Part shown: piece after piece, positions 25,245 to 37,319 of the stretch
Layout of the letters: each line of letters begins with the position of its first letter
Position numbering within the stretch: position 1 is the stretch's first letter
Source: Eledone cirrhosa
Taxonomy: Eukaryota
Assembly (NCBI GenBank): GCA_964016885.1
Contig: OZ024742.1
Location: 312,232,001 to 312,296,000 of the forward strand
Reading direction: 5' to 3'
DNA length: 64,000 bases
The notes under the pieces: generated by a model
What the model was told of the DNA's origin: nothing
Databases searched by the model: none
Seen by the model: the letters and a program-made list of their open reading frames with translations, nothing else
Translations under genes and position numbers: made by a program

Positions 25245-25440
25245 CATCTGCAGCCCATCTGAGGAAAGAGCCTCACGAGGTGGGGTGGCTGTTGCAGCGA
25301 GTGTCACTGGCTATTTTCTGCAGGAGTGCTTTTGTGGTCTTGTCCATGGGGTGCAGCCCCATTACAGCCACGTCCTAGGCCCAGACCCCAATCAGACCCC
25401 AATCTGTGATACCGGAGCCCTTGCCTTTCCCTTCCTTTTC
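25245..25440 (+). pseudogene. 3' fragment of a CRE-like non-LTR retrotransposon (restriction-like endonuclease C-terminus)
   Basis: Frame from 25253 reads AHLRKEPHEVGWLLQRVSLAIFCRSAFVVLS, homologous to EPRELEWLFQRVSLTILRGN at 43590-43783. Confidence 0.65.
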
Positions 25441-26771
25441 ATTTTTTTTATATATTTTTTTTATTTTACATTCTATTCTTCTTAATCTATTTTTTTTCTT
25501 TTAAAAAGTATTCAACAATATTATACTAAATGGAATAGTGAAGCCAAAAGAGTATCTCAAATTCAACTCACTGGGTGCTGTTTCTGGTTTTGCAAGCATT
25601 TATCCTCAGCTCTACTAACAGTAATATAAATCTGTTATCTGTTTAAGTATGTTTCCTGACTAACCTCAAATGATTTTTAAAAATTTTTATTTATGATATA
25701 AAAGCAATAAAAAGAGACACAGGGATGAAAGTGGGAGAACACTGCTTTAGTAATATGATTGGCAACAAAGTATATTAGCTAGATTATGGATGTTGGAACC
25801 AGTTAAAAAAGTAATAGATCTCTTCATGATTTCAGAAGGAAGAAGTTCCTCAGAAGAAACAACATACTCCTCACTGTTCTAAAGATGAAGTGATTTATTA
25901 ATCACCTTAACAAAAAAAAAAAGGGGGGGGGGGGGTAGCCGGATATATAAAGAGGTTGAAATAGAGAGGGGGTGGGATAGAGAGTTGGGGAGCTTCAATT
26001 AGGAAAACATTATTATTAGCATATGAATGCCATAAAACAGTAAGACAATGTAGCCAAGAAGTCTATTGTGGGCATCTTTTGAGAAAGGCATGGCAACAAC
26101 TAAATGATGCCACCACAGCCACTAAAGGAAAACAACATCCAGCAACAGTATCCATAACAAAGGAGGGGTCCATAAAATGTATCCAAAAGCACATTTTCAG
26201 CAAGTTTCTATCAAGATCAAAGGAGGAGAAGAAAAACAACAACAAAGTATTCAGAGGCAAGAATGAGCTGAGAATAAAAACAAAGAGGGTGGAAGAGAAT
26301 AGAGACCTTTCTCAGTTCAAAGACAGAAAATGTATAATTATTTAAATTCAACACAAGGAACAGAAGTTTGTAGTAATTCTTCCTTTGTTCTTCCTTTCTC
26401 TTCTACTTGAGATAAAAATTAAAATACAATAAAAAGAAAAAACATGAGTTGAAAGGAATGAAGACAAAAATATAAAAACAAGGAGAAAAAATTACACAAG
26501 TTAGTGCTTAAATACAGAAAATAAAATTGAGTTTAGGTGCCAAAACAAATTCTTGCATTTAATTGAAGTGAAGGTCTTTTGTCTTCAGGATTAAGAAATG
26601 AAGTAAACAATGCTGAATGAAAACTCAACAGTAAAATAAATTGGTTCAATTTTCATTCCATTTTATATTTCCAAACATATATATACACATATAACACAAA
26701 TATACATACATGTACTACATTCACCAAACTCCTCCCAAACGCTTAAATATCATACTTCCTTAAGAAAATAT

Positions 26772-27503
26772 CATCATCATCATGATCATCATGTTCCCAC
26801 AACTGGTGCAGCCAGTCATTGGGGTGTCACTCTAAACGCTTTTGCAGTCAGTTGTCCCCATTGGCCTCTATTTTCTGTCATGTGTAGAAGGGTCTCTGTG
26901 TTGTGACAGGTCCAGTCTTTGATGTTGTCAGACCAGGATTTTCTTTGCCCTCACTTGACTGTGCTCTGAAGGATGGTTTTGGGCAAGGAGTTGTGTTGGG
27001 CTATATGACCATACCAGGCAAGCCTCTGTCTTTTCACTATCACAAGGAGTGGTTCCTGTCTGCCAGACAAAGCTGTTTGTTTCGTGGGATGTGTAACAAC
27101 CTTCTAAAACACTTGTGCTCCAATGATTGAATTCTTCGTTCCATGTCAGCTGCGAGAGTCCAACTCTTACATCATCATCATTTTACGTCCGCTTTTCCTT
27201 GCTTGCAAGGGTGGGGCGACATCCATACAAAAGGATCAGGAGCATATGGAATGGATATCAGCTCAGAAAAGAGCAAGATTCTGGTTAATAGTAATAATCA
27301 GAATACAGGAACCAACATCATGTTGAATGGAGGTAGACTTGAAGAAGTGGACACCTTCAAGTAGCTTGGATCCACTCTGACCAGAGGTGGCCGGTCTCAA
27401 AAGGAGATACTGACAAGACTCACTCTGACCACTTCTGCCATAGTAAAGTTGAATGTCATGGAAAAGCAACTCCATCAGTTTTCCAACAAAGCTCAAACTA
27501 TGC
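26772..27503 (-). mobile_element. Decayed RTE LINE (distinct family) with 5' inversion
   Basis: Minus strand ILLYGC|KSWTL...AWYGH...GQRKSWSDNIKDW with (CAT)n tail; plus strand 27237-27503 encodes the upstream thumb (AYGMDISSEKSK...FK*LGS); TSD AAGAAAATAT (26762-26771) / AAGCAAATAT (27504-27513). Confidence 0.8.
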
Positions 27504-27644
27504 AAGCAAATATACATATTCCCATAACAGCATGTACACATACAAACTACTTTCTAACATATGTTTATCAAATAAAAAGAGAGTTGGGTGAAAAGACTAC
27601 AAAAATCTCATCTCAAGAAGGGGTGAGATAAAGCTTAGAAAAAA

Positions 27645-27842
27645 TAATGGTTTCTGATTTAGGTACAAGGCCAACCATTTTGGGGAAGAGGGGAAGTCGA
27701 TGTTTTATTTTATCAACCCCATAAAGATGGAAGGCAAAACTAACTTCGACTGAGTTTGAACTCAGAATGTAAAGGGATGGAACTACATGATGCAAAACAT
27801 GTTGTCCAACACCCTGCCAATACTGCCAATCCACCACCCTCC
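27645..27842 (-). mobile_element. Family-2 SINE
   Basis: Reverse complement of the GGTGGATTGGCAGTAT...GAGTTCAAA...GGCCTTGT unit. Confidence 0.75.
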
Positions 27843-28249
27843 AATCCATAGAAATAATAATAATAATCAAAACTAACAGTTACTTAAAATTCTTTATAGG
27901 TTATGGCTTTTCTTACTGTTACGGCTCTTATTATTTGCAGTGAAAAAGGCCCAAATCCTGGATTTCTTATATTCACAACGACAAAGACGGCGACGATGAT
28001 GATGATGATAAATTATGCTCTAAACACCAGTTTAATAATGAGAAAGGTGGTTAATTATATTACTAAATACTTCTAAATTTTTGATTATTTTCTATCATCA
28101 GAAATATGTTAACAAAAGGGTTATCCTATTGTTATGGCTATCTTATTTCCCTGATGAAGCATCTACAATGTATAGCTTAGTGATTGAAACATCAACACAA
28201 TCAACAACACCAACAGCCACAAAGAGCCCCAAAATGAACTTCTATAGAG

Positions 28250-28480
28250 TTGTTCAACTTGCTAGAAATAGCAGCTAAATTCTCCTTAAATATTGTCCTA
28301 CCATCTTTAAAAAAAAAAAAAAAAAGGATGCTTTGGCTAATTTAGCCATAGAAATCTTTTAAAAAAAACAAAAAAATAACGCAAAAGAAATAAAAAAAAA
28401 AACAGGTGATTCGAGGCTGGAGCTTCTTTGCTCATAAGTTTGCTCAATCAAGATTGACCTGGGGCTAAACAACAATAACA
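28250..28480 (+). mobile_element. Interspersed repeat (SINE-like family 4) ending in GGGGCTAAACAACAA
   Basis: CTTGCTAGAAATAGCAGCTAAAT...GACCTGGGGCTAAACAAC; homologues at ~14150-14240, ~17097-17690 (split by MITEs), ~46980-47056, ~60950-61155. Confidence 0.6.
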
Positions 28481-29089
28481 GTTACCACTACCACTAAACT
28501 ACAAACAGAAGAAACTGATGTTTACTTAGTAGTTTTCTTATCACACTAGTTCTCCTATGGGTGCATAGCAACCAGAAATTGAATTCACTGGACACACACA
28601 CCGATATGTACACACAGAACCTTTTCTCTCCAGGCCAAATATTTTAAAAACTAAGGCTATTGTAATCCCATGTCTTCTCAGCTCTTAATCTGGGAAATCA
28701 AAATCATTTGCACATGTGTGTGAGTGTGTGAATTGCATGTGTGTGTGTGTGTGTTTGAATGTTTGTCTCTGTGTGTGCACATGTATATGCTTTGAATGTT
28801 TGTATGGGATTTTTTTAAATGAATGTGTGTGTGTGTGTGCATGTTTTTGAATGTGTATGCATGTGTTAATTTGTTGTTTTTGTTTTTTAATGCGTGTGTA
28901 TGTTATTTTAAAATGCTTGTGTATTTTTTTAATTTAATATGTGTGTATGTTTTTGGATATGGGTGAGAGTGCAGGGATATTTTTTTAATGTGTGTTTTAG
29001 AATGAGTGTGTATTTCAGTAATGTCTTTGGATTTGCATGTGATGCATTTCAGGAAATAATATTTGTTAATTTCTTCTAATTCTTAGAGC

Positions 29090-29705
29090 ATCAGACAAAA
29101 TCCTTCCTGGTATTTGTTCTGGCTGTATTGATTCTGAGTTCAAATTCTGTTGAGATTGACTTTGCTTTTCATACTTCCAGGTTCAATAATATAAAGTATT
29201 GGGGTGATATAATCAACTACAGCTCTGCCCCTAAATTTCTTGCCTATATTGATTGTTGTTGCTATTGGGTCATTTAATTAACTTTCCCCTCCCCTTCAAA
29301 TTGCTGCCTTTGTGCCTAAAGTAGAAACAAGTATTATTTTTATAAGGGCGGTGGATTGGCAGTATCGGTACAGGGTCGGTCGCCATGCTTTGACGCATAG
29401 AGTTATGGCCCTTGCCATTCTGAGTTCAATCCCTCTGAGGTTAACTTTGCCTTTCATCCTCACAGAGTCGATAACATAAAGTACCAGTAATACACTAGGA
29501 TAATTGCTGGCCTTGTGCCAAAAGTAGAAACAATTATTATAAGGCGGTGGATTGGCATATCAGTAGAGCATTAGACAGAATGCTTTGCAGAATAGAGTGG
29601 CAGCCCCTTATGTTCTGAGTTCAAATCCCGTCGAAGTTAGCTTTGCCTTTCAACCTTATGGGGTCGATAAAATAAAGTACCAGTAAGGCACTGGAGTTGA
29701 TTTAA
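29090..29705 (+). mobile_element. Array of three family-2 SINEs
   Basis: GGCGGTGGATTGGCA heads at ~29347 and ~29543, each with B box and conserved body; degenerate unit upstream. Confidence 0.8.
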
Positions 29706-30005
29706 TCTGTCAAATCAATGACGCAACAAACTTTTCTAGTGCTGGTGCCATGATAATATGCACCTAATACTTTCTGTAAAGTTGTTGGCATTCATAAGGG
29801 TATTCAGCCCAAGAAATCATGCCAGAAAGGGTCGACAGGAATCTTCACACAAGCCAACCATCTGACAACTTCTCTAATGCTGGTGCCATGATAAAATGTA
29901 CCCAATACTCTCTGTAAAGTGGTCAGAATTAGGAAAGGAATCAAAGTCAAGAAACTATGCCAAAACTGGAATGTGTATAAGATGTAGCTCCTGGATGGTC
30001 TAGGA

Positions 30006-30173
30006 CAGTGGTTTCCAAAGTGGGTTCTGCAAAGGAGTGTCTGGGGTACCGTGAAAAAAAGGTAGAGGAGTAAATTTATAATATGACCATATAACAGTAT
30101 TAAACTTTAGGGCTCCCTTAAAAGTTTCTGAACCAAAAACGGTTCTGCATTTGAAAAAGTTTGGGAAACCCTG
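30006..30173. mobile_element. 168-bp Buster-type hAT MITE
   Basis: TIRs CAGTGGTTTCCAAA / TTTGGGAAACCCTG; perfect TSD GTCTAGGA at 29998-30005 and 30174-30181. Confidence 0.9.
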
Positions 30174-30954
30174 GTCTAGGAGAATGTTAGCAGCGATTAG
30201 ATACTGACTTGCTCTTTAATGACCTGTCCAACCTAAGCCAACATGGAAAAATGGACATATGATGATGATGATCATCATCATCATTTTTATTTTTATGTCT
30301 GCTTTTCCATGCTGGCATGGGTTGGATAAAGATAAACTGCTGCATATTGTCTTTAGAATCTTTATAGAGGATATTGCTTTCACAGACAGCCAAATGAGAC
30401 TATAGTTGCAGGATATTAGTGGAACATATGCTATATATGAGGTTGTATGTGTGATAAACAATGTTATCTGCATGTGCAAAAAAAAAAAAAGTGTAATGGA
30501 TGCGTAGATGTGAAGAAGTTTACAAAATGCTGTCTTCTAATTAATGTACACTTTAAAGGCTATAGGCTGGTCCCTAGCCTTGTACATTATAGTAATCACT
30601 TCCCCTTGTCTTTCTATATTGCATCTCCATAATTCTACTTGAGCGCCTCATTCAATACGGACAGTTATATATACATACATACACAGAAACACACTCACAT
30701 ATACATATAAACAAACCCACACCCCTACGTATACACACACACACACACTTTAATACTTCAAAGGAAGCAATGAAATATGATGTAATAATACAGAACTGTT
30801 TGATAATTACATTATATAAGTAAGTAAAAGACAACAACCGGCACAAGACACACACACACACACACTCATACCACACTGTCCAACCACACTGCAGAGACGC
30901 ACACAATTACAGAGACGCACACATGCACCAACTCATACACATAACCATACAGAG

Positions 30955-31350
<396 letters not shown>

Positions 31351-32059
31351 AGGGGGTGTAAGAGAAAGAGGAAAGGCATTTAAGCCAATGTGAAGAGCTT
31401 ATTTGGGGGGGAGTTCTTTTATTGACTCTTCTAAAGCAGTAACTTCAAAGTGGAAAGAGCCAAGTTAAATTACATCTGCTGTTAGAAGATAGCTATAGCA
31501 AAGTTCAGAACCTTCTAGAAGTTAAACTTAACTTCATACTAAATAGTTCCAGATCTCAGAAAAACACTAGCTACACTAATTGATATTGTTACTGTTGTTG
31601 TTGCTGTTGTTGTTGTGGTGGTGATGGTGGGGTGGTAGTAGCAGTAATAATGGTGGTGGTTGTAGTGGTAGTAGTAGTGGTGGTGGTACTAGTAGTGATA
31701 ATTGTGGTAGTAGTATAGTAATGGTGATGGTGGTGATTGTTGTAGCAGTAGTGGTGGTGGTAGTAGTAGTAAATGATAATTGAAGAGAGGGGAAGATGAG
31801 AGAGAGAAGGGGAAAATGAAAAACAAAAGAATAAGAAATATAAAAAAGATGAAAGGGAAAAGACTATTGAGAGTTGAGAGAGAGAGAGAGAGAGACTGAG
31901 GAGGGACAGCAGGTCTTTAAAAAAATGGAAGTGAAGTTAGAAGAAAGGTTGATATAATGACTTGATCTTGGAAATGTCTGATTCTATTGGATGGGATGTC
32001 TGTCAAACATCACAGATGATGCCAGTGGAATGAAACTGTTACTTTGAAAAATGATCAGT

Positions 32060-32240
32060 GTTCCAGTTGTTTGATAAACAGTACAGCAAGCTTGGGAAAT
32101 TAACATGTAAGTGGCTGAGCATTCCACAGATATGTGAACCCATAATGTAATTCTCAGGGAAATTGAGCATGACAGAACATGTGACAAGGTTGGCTGGCTC
32201 TTTGAATTCAGGCACAATCCATCCAACTAATTTCACTCAA
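32060..32240 (+). mobile_element. Interspersed repeat (SINE-like family 5)
   Basis: AATTAAC.TG.AA.TGG.TGAG.ATTCCA..A.ATGTG.ACCCATAA shared with ~59570-59705 and, reversed, ~38600-38700. Confidence 0.6.
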
Positions 32241-32302
32241 ACAGCATGGATAAACCCAAGGCTACGGTAAATGACACTTGCCCAAACACTAATTTAATAG
32301 AG

Positions 32303-32765
32303 TGTTTGTGTAGGTGTCACGACGAAAAAAATCACCCAGTCCACACTGTAATGTGGTCATGTAGGTGTCACAACAAAAAAGCTCCCAGTCCACACTGAAG
32401 AGTGGTCGTGTAGGTGTCATGACAAAAAAGCACCCAGTCCACACTGTAGAGTGGTCATGTAGGTGTCACGACAAAAAAGTACCCAGTCCACACGGTAGAG
32501 TGGTCGTGTAGGTGTCACGACAAAAAAGCACCCAGCCCACACTGTGAAGTGGTCGTGTAGGTGTCACGGTAAATAAGCACCCAGTATGCACTATAAATGA
32601 GGTTGGTGTTAGGAAGGGCATCCAGCTGTAGAAATCCAGCCAAAATCAGTTCTGTATGAGCATGACATGGTTGCCTGAACTGCCATTGCCCACAACAGGA
32701 CAACCCGTCTAACCCATGTTAGCGTGGAAGAATGGACGTATGATGATGATGATGATGATGATGAA
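32303..32765 (+). mobile_element. RTE-dependent non-autonomous element: six 49-bp units + GGAAGGGCATCC box + tail A + (GAT)n
   Basis: Unit starts at ~32303, 32353, 32402, 32451, 32500, 32549; the rest is colinear with 5820-5990. Confidence 0.88.
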
Positions 32766-35700
32766 AGTTAGTTATATTACTGAATCTCTCCATATTCTTG
32801 ATTATTTTCAAAATAAATTTGAAAACTAACCAGTGACTCTCAGAGATTTAGTAAAGAGAAGGTTAAACCTAACATATAAACATGCATCCACACACATACA
32901 CATCCCTCTGACATAATCTTGGAGGAAAAGTAGTACTACTGAGAATTAATCTTGAAAATCTGGAAACAATTGTTCCTCTACAAAAGTATTACACAATCCA
33001 CCCAGTAACAACTTCTCACTATTAACACAAGCATGCAAGAGATAAGGGGAGTTTATGGTCATATTTTATTTAAATAGTTATCTGTAAAGAAAACACATCA
33101 ATCACTCACTATAACATACAAGATCTTTATAAATAACAAACAGTAAGTGGATCATTTGAATAGAGAAAAAGTATGGAGTTGTATCATCATCATCATTTTT
33201 ATGTTCATGCTAACATGCTGGATAAGCCAATTTTTTCCCCTGCTTTTTCTAAGCTCCTCCCTACACTTCATTAACTCCTACACTGCAGAAAATATTGTTT
33301 ATGCAAAACAAACAATACTACTTGCTTTAAATATTAATATGAAAGAAGGTGCAAATTGACACGCACTCACATATATATACATGTGTGTGTGTGTGTGTAT
33401 CATCATATAACGTTCACTTTCCCTGGGTCCTCATAGACCAAGCCAGTTATGAAGCGGGGCCACTGACATCCTAGGCAGGCCGAGGAAGTCTGTATCCTGC
33501 TTATGTGCAGAGGGAAAGTTATCATGTCTTTTGGGAAAATAGTTACCTAATGGTTGAGATGCTTCTAATTGAAAACGAATTATGTTGGAAAAAGACATGG
33601 CTTCTTCTAATTGGAACAAATTAATCAATGCTAGAATTTTTTTAATAGAACGAACGATAAAAACATCTGCTAGAAGAAACAGGGGAAAAAAAGCCTGTTT
33701 AAATGGAATGAATTAAATAAATAAATAAATACGACCTTTCAGTGACCCAACTATCGCTTGATTTTTGGTGGCACCACATACATCCTGCAATTACATATTC
33801 TGTATTCTGCAGTATACTGTAAAATTCTGATGTTTACAACATTAATTTTACGAGAGAAATTGAAAAAAAATATAATCTCCATGTGGCTTATGAAGTAAAT
33901 AGAAATGTTGTAATAAAACTGGTTACCTAATGGTTGAGATGCTTCTAATTGAAACCAAATTAGAAATGTGAGTATTTTTATAAAAAATGAATGTTGGAAA
34001 AACAAGCAGACCTATGGTCAAAGACAACTTGTCTTTTTCTCAAACAGTATATCTGAAACTACTTTACCTAATGTATCATCGAGGGGGCTTCAATTGTTAT
34101 TTCCAGCAGTGCACATAACCACAGAATGGCTCCCTTTGGTAGCATAAAAGACTAATATGTTATAAATTCATATATAAGCAAACATGCACATGCATGCACA
34201 CACTGAGGTTTCCTTACAGGATTTTTCCATCTCGTAGATAGTCTGTCAGTTAAAACTAAAGAGCAAATATCTATCTATAAGATGAGTTATTCCATACCAG
34301 ATACCACCTTAGTATTTATCCCTGTGGTAAATGCCAGCCTTGCAAGCTGGTGATAGTGACTTTTACGTCTTACTATCATCTGAATTCTATGTACTACTAC
34401 TACTAGATAGGCATTGTTTTTAGCCTGCTAGGTCTCTAGCAACCATCATCACCAGGCTACGTAGGTTAGGTGATGGTTTAGTTACCAACAACCCAACCAT
34501 GCAACAGATTGTTGTAAGATACTCGTTAACTGTAGTGCTCATGAACAGCCTGACAAATACAGTTTCATGCATGTACATGCATGTTTTTAGCCACAACTGA
34601 TACTCAATCACCTAAAATCTATATTCACTTATCGTTTTGCCTCTAACCCCCACATGCATTTCTTATCTAATTCAATTTCTTTGAACAGTACTACTCATCT
34701 ATTCCTCCTTAATCCACTAAAGTTTAACACTTCAAACAAACCAAATTACAGTTAACTCTTTTGAAAGCAAACCACCTGAAACTGAGCCCCTGGTTCCATG
34801 ATACAAAACCATTTATCTAAAATCCCCCCATTATAATTTCATGAAAGTACATTTAAGTTATGTTCCGAAGCCCAAATTAATAACGATAAAGTTATATTAC
34901 TAAATCCCTCCAAATTCTTGATTATTTTCAAAATCATTTGAAAATCATAGGAACTATCTTTCATTAGAAATATAGTAAGAAAATGGTTAAATGGCTTACT
35001 ATTTCTGTTCTAGAAAGATCCCACTGGCCTCAATATATTATTGACCAACCTTCAAATCTTTTGATGATCTCAACATTTGGGTGGCGAGGGATTACAAATT
35101 GAAATATTTCAGAATCTTTTAGGTGAATTACAATCAGATAAGAATACTATCATCTTTCAAATCAACATTACAGAAGAAAGAGGGGACAGTTAAATTAATA
35201 ACCACCCTACTATGATGAAGGGAAAACAGCTGTCTGCATAAATGCTATGAATAAAGACTGTTTGATATGAGGGTATAAAATAAATGAAGCATAGAATAAA
35301 TTCAGAGAATGTGCTAATAATGTAGTGCGTATGTAATAGCTACTACTAACTCAGCAAATCAGATTGTACTGGTCGGCATTATGCATGATAACTACCTAAT
35401 CACTACTATTATTTATTGGATACAAAAGCAAAAAGCGATGCATCAAAGAAGGAAAATTACATAGCTTTATAGTTTATATAGTCAGGGTAATGTTGTATGT
35501 GGTAGAGAGATTCAATGGCAAGGTGACAGTAGTTGTATTGGTGGTGAGAAGAATAGATACAGTTTGATTTTCTGATAGAATAAGTTACCATAGATGCTAT
35601 ATTTCTGGTGTCACAGAAAACTGCTTAGCAATGAACAGACAATTTCAATTTACATGTGTTAATATAGAAAAGATATTCAGTAGAGTAATAAGAAAGTGGT

Positions 35701-36000
35701 AAAAAAGAATGTGAATGAGTGAAAACAATTAGTAAATTATGTGAACATTTCACACTTTTTATACTAAACTACCTGAAACTACATATGGTTCAACAATACT
35801 TTAAACTGCTTATATTTATTTAAAAACTTCCCATCACAATTTTATGTAAAAAAAAACACCAAAACCCAGCTTAATAATGAGAAATTTAATTATTTTATTA
35901 AATCCCCCCAACAAATAAATTTATTCTAACCCTTTAGACACTGGCCCTACTGAAACCATTCTTAATTTTACAATACAATACTGTATTATAAAATGTTTAT

Positions 36001-36193
36001 CATCATCACCGTTTTACGTCCATTCTTCCATGCTAGCATGGGTTGTCCTGTTGTGGGCAGTGTCTGGTCGACTGACCTTGTCTTGCTTGATTTCTACAGC
36101 TAGATGCCCTTCCTAACACCAACCTCATTTACACTGAGTGCTGGGTGCTTTTTTCCGTGGTGCCTACACGTCCACTTTACAGTATGGGCTGGG
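36001..36193 (-). mobile_element. Short insertion of the module + tail A into a family-B MITE
   Basis: TSD TGTTTAT at 35994-36000 and 36194-36200; the empty site AAATGTTTATATTTATCT is seen in the paralogous MITE near 38210. Confidence 0.85.
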
Positions 36194-36889
36194 TGTTTAT
36201 ATTTGTCTAAAAACTTTCCATCATAATTTTATGTAAACACCTTAGTTAAGTTATGCTCCAAGCACCAGATTAATGATGAGAAATTTAATTATTTTACTAA
36301 ATCTTTCCAAATTCTTAATTATTTTCAAAATTATTAAAAGTATTTATAGACAGTGTCTTCCATTAAGAATATAGTAACAAAACAAGTTAAACCTATAATC
36401 TAATTCTTGGTCCACTTCTCTATATATTTGCCAATAAAACTATTATGGAGAGATTCAAGACTATCCCCTATCACTGATGTAAGTTCCAGACCTGGAAGGA
36501 AGGATATTCAATCAACAGGCATGAAGAGAAAAATAAGAAAAGCAGCCAAAAATATGGTTTTATTCAACACAAATAATAATTAAGAACTCTCTACCATGCA
36601 ACAAGCAGTAATATGGGCTAAAGATGGTACATCTAGTAGAATGAACTGTGTGGATTAGAGCTAGCTGTGACAAACTAGTGTCCTCTAATGTCCAGTGGTC
36701 TTTTAGTTAAAGTAATTTGCATTCATCATATAGGAGGTATGTATGCTGACTATATGTTGTTTTATAGTTTATAGTAACTTGTCTTGAAAAAAATTCAAGA
36801 CTCAGGAAAAACTAGTATAATTTATGATAGATCTTAATATATGTGTGTGCGCACGCGCATATATATATATATCCATTACCATTAAAAGG

Positions 36890-36974
36890 GGTCTGACGAA
36901 CCGCGGATTACAGAGTCAGGTTAGATCGATACAGATTGAACCTTGAGCTGATCAGTGGCGAAACGCGCGTCACC
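36890..36974 (+). ncRNA. Type I hammerhead ribozyme (Penelope-type, palindromic helix III)
   Basis: GGT-CTGACGA (36893-36899) - helix II hairpin (36900-36959) - GAAA-C-GCGC-G-TC (predicted cleavage after C36971) - ACC; AATAAA follows at 36979. Confidence 0.8.
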
Positions 36975-37027
36975 AACCAATAAACGTAATGAAGGAGTAA
37001 CCAATCGTCCTTGTTATTTTATTTCAC

Positions 37028-37116
<89 letters not shown>

Positions 37117-37284
37117 AGTGGTGCTGAGAGGGGTTACAAATCTCTTCCTTGCCAGACAAACCACAACAGAAACACAAACACTCCATCGCAACTTTACTTT
37201 TGAAAATCATAAGAACTGTGAAACTGGTAAAGTCGATAAAAATAAATATTCTAAAAATATTCCAGTTGTATTTTCAATTTCTTT

Positions 37285-37319
<35 letters not shown>

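Noticed and set aside
28151-28200. CTGATGA...GAAAC hammerhead-like boxes
   Set aside because: Helix II does not abut GAAA, and no helix III or helix I can be formed.
32303-32597. Regular array suggesting CRISPR
   Set aside because: Units repeat over their whole length with no unique spacers; no cas genes; eukaryotic context.
33540-34003. ~33-bp direct repeat GTTACCTAATGGTTGAGATGCTTCTAATTGAAA at ~33542 and ~33922
   Set aside because: A real duplication, but too short for LTRs, with no TG..CA ends, TSD or coding content; cannot be classified.
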